Assembly (NCBI GenBank): GCA_022360375.1
Contig: JAKSCW010000292.1
Coordinates: 1 to 29,114, forward strand
Direction of reading: 5' to 3'
Length of the DNA: 29,114 bases
From: Balneolales bacterium
Lineage (GTDB): Bacteria > Bacteroidota > Rhodothermia > Balneolales > Balneolaceae
This document shows positions 25,504-29,114 of this stretch, piece by piece. Each line of letters begins with the position of its first letter. Position 1 is the first letter of the stretch. Both the position numbers and the translations under genes were made by a program. The notes beneath the pieces were generated by a model. That model ran no database searches. It was not told the origin of the DNA and saw only the letters and a list, made by a program, of their open reading frames with translations.

Positions 25504-26645
25504 TTGTCTGTTTGGTAAGCTCCTATTACATCGCTGTAACTCATGTCATCCAATAAATTTCTGTTTTCCAGTTCAGTAAGAAATTCTACGGGCACATTAC
25601 TGGTGTACAATCCAATTATACCCGAATAGGAAAAGGTATCCAGGAAACCAGCTTCCTGAAGTTCATTCAAATAAGAAATACTCACATTACTACTATACAA
25701 CCCAATGATAGCCGAATAGCTAAATTCATCGAGGTATCCGGCCGCTTGCATTTCATCCAGGTAGCTGGTGCTCACGTTGCTGTTGTACAGTCCAATAATT
25801 GCTGAATAACTGAATTCATCGAGGTACCCGGCTGCCTGCATGCGGTCTAAGTAGCTGGTTGTTACATTACTGCTATACAACCCGATGATGGCCGAATAGC
25901 TGAATTCGTCCAGGTAACCCGCTGCCTGCATTTCATCGAGGTAACTGGTAGTAACATTACTGTTGTACAATCCAATGATTGCAGAGTAACTGAAATCATC
26001 CAAATACCCGGAGTTCTGCATCCTTTCTAAGTAGGTTAAGGTGACTCCGCCGTTGTACAGGCCAATTACAGCAGAATAGGAGAATTCGTCTAAGAATCCG
26101 GCATTATTTAGTTGTACCAAATAATCAACGGGTAGACCACTGTTATATAATCCAATAATAGCAGAGTACGAGAATTCATCCAGCAAGCCTGCTCCTTCAA
26201 TATCTTTTATGTACTGAATGGGTACGCCACTATTGTAAAAGGCCTGAACGGCTGAACCGGAAAACATATTCAGGTTTTGCTCATTGAATTGTTGCAGATA
26301 ATCCAGGTAGCCACTTTCTATTCCAGAATATTCAACTGTGGGAGGCAAAGGTACTTCAACTACGGGAGGCGAAGGGGTAGCAGGGAGGTTCACATTTGTG
26401 GAAGTTGAAGTTTCCCCAGTACCAAAACTGAATATGGAAAAAGGGCCTCCGGTTGCGACCCAAAGTGAAGCGATAATGAGAAAAATGCCGATGGCAATCA
26501 GGTTTCTTTTTGTAGTTGGTTCTTTCTCTTGTTCGGTGAAGAAAGATTCCTGATCAAGGTTTTCCGGGTTTGATTTCTCCCGAAGATATTCGTCGAGATC
26601 AAAATCAGGATCAGCATTACCTGGCCGGGTTCGTTCTTTTCTCAT
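25500..26645 (-). CDS. Uncharacterised single-pass membrane protein with 8 full 30-aa repeats (paralog A)
   Basis: N-terminal FDLDEYLREK, TM LIAIGIFLIIASLWVA, Pro-rich linker, then units of consensus FSYSAIIGLYNSNVxxSYLDEMQAAGYLDE. Confidence 0.85.
   Translation of the reverse strand: MRKERTRPGNADPDFDLDEYLREKSNPENLDQESFFTEQEKEPTTKRNLIAIGIFLIIASLWVATGGPFSIFSFGTGETSTSTNVNLPATPSPPVVEVPLPPTVEYSGIESGYLDYLQQFNEQNLNMFSGSAVQAFYNSGVPIQYIKDIEGAGLLDEFSYSAIIGLYNSGLPVDYLVQLNNAGFLDEFSYSAVIGLYNGGVTLTYLERMQNSGYLDDFSYSAIIGLYNSNVTTSYLDEMQAAGYLDEFSYSAIIGLYSSNVTTSYLDRMQAAGYLDEFSYSAIIGLYNSNVSTSYLDEMQAAGYLDEFSYSAIIGLYSSNVSISYLNELQEAGFLDTFSYSGIIGLYTSNVPVEFLTELENRNLLDDMSYSDVIGAYQTDN
25503..26264 (-). repeat. Coding tandem repeat, 90-bp/30-aa period, 8 units plus 14-aa partial unit
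   Basis: FSYSAIIG recurs every 30 residues. The central units are about 72-83% identical at DNA level by hand count. Confidence 0.92.
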
Positions 26646-27481
26646 TGGTTATCCCTCATGGTATAGAGTGAAGTAATTTGATCGGTATTCAGATCAGACA
26701 AGAGGCCGGTGTCTCTGAGTCTGCTCAAAAAAGAAATCGGTACATCCGCATTGTACAGCTGCTGAATATCTTCTCCCGAAAAAGTGTTTAGATTTCTTTC
26801 TGAGAATTCTCTTGAATATTCATCAAAGCTTAAACTATTGGGTTCGAAATCCCTTAAATCAATAGCCGCAGAAAAATCTAAATTTTCTAATTGTTCCAGA
26901 GCTTCCAATGCTTCAAGTCCTGATAAACCTTCTAATGCTTCAAAATTTTCGAGGGCTAAAAGAGCTGATTCCAGAGCCAACTCTACAGAAGATTCTGTTA
27001 ACGCTTCCAGCTCCTCAGCAAAATTTTGATTGGAATTAATGGCTAGTCCGGCATCACGAAATGCTTCATCAATTTCCTGAGCAATATTGGCTGCTTCTAA
27101 TTCGCTGTTGATTCTTTCTGCAAGGCCCTGAAGCTGTAATTCTTCATTAATAGTGCGGGCAAGCTCAGCTTCTTCTAAAGCACGTGAAACCTCTTCTGAA
27201 ATTGTGGATTCCAATTCTGAACCACTGGGGCCAATAACGGTTACAGTGGGTTCTTCATTGGCTCCAAAAAAGCTGCCTAAATTTCTCTCATTCAAAAACA
27301 ACAATGCGATCACCAAGGCTCCGGCAAGCACCATGGTACTTCGGATCCATTTGCTGCGTTCTGATTTTTTTGTTTCCGGTTCATTGTAGGGCGAGAATGT
27401 TTCTTCGCCAGATTTTTCCTTTATGTATTGATCTAAATCAAAGTTTGAGTCATGATTATAGGGTCGGTTCTTTGTAGACAT
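26642..27481 (-). CDS. Uncharacterised single-pass membrane protein with acidic helical stalk and one 30-aa repeat (paralog B)
   Basis: N-terminal FDLDQYIKEK, TM MVLAGALVIALLFL, Glu/Ala/Leu-rich stalk, then FSGEDIQQLYNADVPISFLSRLRDTGLLSD plus a partial unit. Confidence 0.82.
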   Translation of the reverse strand: MSTKNRPYNHDSNFDLDQYIKEKSGEETFSPYNEPETKKSERSKWIRSTMVLAGALVIALLFLNERNLGSFFGANEEPTVTVIGPSGSELESTISEEVSRALEEAELARTINEELQLQGLAERINSELEAANIAQEIDEAFRDAGLAINSNQNFAEELEALTESSVELALESALLALENFEALEGLSGLEALEALEQLENLDFSAAIDLRDFEPNSLSFDEYSREFSERNLNTFSGEDIQQLYNADVPISFLSRLRDTGLLSDLNTDQITSLYTMRDNQ

Positions 27482-27484
27482 ACT

Positions 27485-28702
27485 CTAATTATCTCCATCA
27501 ATTTTGTAGGCATTAATCACTGAAGAAGAGCTCATGTTATCAAGCAATCCTAAATCTCTCAATTCTTCTAAATAGCTTACAGGAACTCCATTATTATATA
27601 AGTTCGAGATAGAAGTGCCGCTATATTCGTCAGTAAGTCCCAGGTTTTTCAATGAAGTAAGATATTCGATTGGTACCTGGTTGGAATACATAGCGGCAAC
27701 ACTGGTTCCACTAAATGAATCTATAGCATCGATTTCAGAAAGGGATTGAATATACTCAAGCGGAACTCCAGCCTGGTACATAGTAACAATTGATGTTCCG
27801 CTAAAACCGTCAAGAGCCCCTGAATTTTTTATTCCAAGTAAATATTCTGCCGGTACTTGATTAGTATACAAAATGGATAGGGATGTCCCGCTAAAACTGT
27901 CTGCCATATCGGCATCTTGTAAGTTTTTGAGATACCCTATCGGAACCTGGTTGTTATACAGCTCAACGATTGAAGTACCACTTAATGCATCCATCAGCCC
28001 AATATCTCTAAGGCCTTCCAGATAGCTTAAAGGAATCTGGTTTCCATACAAGGTAGAAATAGATGTTCCACTAAAAGAATCAACCATATCACCATTCCCA
28101 AGTTGGATAATATATTCTGCAGGAACATTGTTCTGATACATAGTAACCAGGGAAGTTCCGCTGAACACATCAATATACCCGGCATCTCCGATTTGCCTTA
28201 AGTATTCTATAGGAATGTTATTCGTATAAAGTGTTTGCTGCGAGGTACTACTGAATAATTCAAGGTAACCTAACTCGTTTAAAGCCGTTAGGTATTCAGT
28301 AAATGTCATATCCAATGGAACGGCATCAGCATCTACCTGGGGTGGAGTTTCTGTGTCAAAATCGAAGTCGAAATCAAAGTCGAAATCATTTTCACCAAAT
28401 TCGAAAGTAAACGGTTCAACAACATTGGTGGAAGGTTCTACAGTAACCAGTTCTGGTTCTGCTTCATCGAAAAAATAGGAGATAATATTGTTTGGGTTCC
28501 AATCGAAGTACCAAAGAAAAGCAGCAAGAAATACGGCTACAATAACTGCGGAATTGCGCAGGAAGTAGGAGTTTCCGGGAACCTGTGATTCTTCTTCTGT
28601 AAACGAATTCGAAGCGTTTTCCCCTTGTGCTTTCTCCCTGATATATTCATCAAGGTTGAAATCATCAGAACCTTTATTTTTTCTTGTTTTTTGCCCGGCC
28701 AT
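27485..28702 (-). CDS. Uncharacterised single-pass membrane protein with (DF)n tract and 8 full 30-aa repeats (paralog C)
   Basis: N-terminal FNLDEYIREK, TM AVIVAVFLAAFLWYF, DFDFDFDFDFD, then units of consensus FSGTSIxxLYxNxVPxEYLxxLxxxGxxDx. Confidence 0.85.
   Translation of the reverse strand: MAGQKTRKNKGSDDFNLDEYIREKAQGENASNSFTEEESQVPGNSYFLRNSAVIVAVFLAAFLWYFDWNPNNIISYFFDEAEPELVTVEPSTNVVEPFTFEFGENDFDFDFDFDFDTETPPQVDADAVPLDMTFTEYLTALNELGYLELFSSTSQQTLYTNNIPIEYLRQIGDAGYIDVFSGTSLVTMYQNNVPAEYIIQLGNGDMVDSFSGTSISTLYGNQIPLSYLEGLRDIGLMDALSGTSIVELYNNQVPIGYLKNLQDADMADSFSGTSLSILYTNQVPAEYLLGIKNSGALDGFSGTSIVTMYQAGVPLEYIQSLSEIDAIDSFSGTSVAAMYSNQVPIEYLTSLKNLGLTDEYSGTSISNLYNNGVPVSYLEELRDLGLLDNMSSSSVINAYKIDGDN
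27488..28255 (-). repeat. Coding tandem repeat, 30-aa period, 8 units plus 16-aa partial unit
   Basis: SGTS (SSTS in the first unit) recurs every 30 residues from residue 150 of the ORF. Confidence 0.9.
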
Positions 28703-28707
28703 ATTTT

Positions 28708-29114
28708 TTAATTCTCTTCTTTATAAAGTTCTACAACATCAATAAAGCTCAATTCATCGTATAAGCCAATTTCTTTTAATCGATCCAGAAACTCAGTTGT
28801 TACTCCATTTTCATAGTATTCAGTAATATGCACAAAGGATAGCTCATCTAAGTAACCGGCTTCGTCTAATTGGTCCAGGTATTCCAGGGGAACGCCGTTC
28901 TGGAAAAATTCCCCAATTTCGACAAATGAAAGCCGGTCCAGGTAGCCCGCCTGGTCTAGTGTGGTTAAATAACTGAGCGGAATATTCTCATTATAGAACT
29001 CATCTATTTCAACAAAAGAAAGCCGGCCCAGGTATCCTTCTGTGTTCAATTGAACCAGGTACTCAACGGGAACTCTTGCAATGTATAATTCTCTGGCTTC
29101 AAAAGCAGAAAGGA
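28708..29114 (-). CDS. C-terminal part of a fourth 30-aa repeat protein (paralog D), 5' end outside the window
   Basis: The frame is open from the window edge: LSAFEARELYIARVPVEYLVQLNTEGYLGR, LSFVEIDEFYNENIPLSYLTTLDQAGYLDR, two more units, then LSFIDVVELYKEEN stop. The track start at 29049 is an internal TTG. Confidence 0.85.
   Translation of the reverse strand, partial: LSAFEARELYIARVPVEYLVQLNTEGYLGRLSFVEIDEFYNENIPLSYLTTLDQAGYLDRLSFVEIGEFFQNGVPLEYLDQLDEAGYLDELSFVHITEYYENGVTTEFLDRLKEIGLYDELSFIDVVELYKEEN

Noticed and set aside
23725-26645. ABC exporter as the secretion partner of the repeat-protein array
   Set aside because: The genes are convergent, the exporter is MsbA-like with no adaptor or TolC gene, and the repeat proteins have their own TM anchors. 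Adjacency alone is not evidence.
25503-28255. 90-bp periodic DNA as a CRISPR array or non-coding repeat
   Set aside because: There are no identical repeats with unique spacers and no cas genes. The variation is concentrated at third codon positions of open reading frames.

Overview
This is a gene-dense chromosomal window with no integrase, transposase, CRISPR array, rRNA or tRNA. Gene style and the tmRNA suggest an FCB-group bacterium, probably Balneolaceae/Rhodothermota-like; that placement is inference, not a database result. In order it holds: an SLC13/DASS carboxylate symporter with an upstream putative outer-membrane beta-barrel; sucD; dnaG; an operon of TonB-dependent receptor, DUF4249-like lipoprotein, DUF4159-like protein and PhnB/VOC protein; a DUF72 gene; tmRNA (ssrA); a beta-propeller/Y_Y_Y sensor fused to a class III nucleotide cyclase; a cell-surface signalling cluster (ECF sigma, unknown lipoprotein, FecR, TonB-dependent transducer); an M23 peptidase; nfeD with two SPFH genes; and an MsbA-like ABC exporter. 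The strongest candidate for an undescribed system is at the right end (25500 to beyond 29114). It is an operon-like array of at least four paralogous proteins built from a 30-aa helical repeat. The three complete genes are predicted single-pass membrane proteins sharing an N-terminal motif F[DN]LD[EQ]Y[IL][RK]EK, and each multi-repeat paralog carries its own repeat signature. Other notable items: the cyclase has Ile in place of the catalytic Asn, a terminator abuts the fecR start codon, the ECF sigma has a hydrophobic N-terminus, and a palindromic sigma54-like element lies between divergent nfeD-SPFH and ABC genes. All alignments and counts were done by eye.
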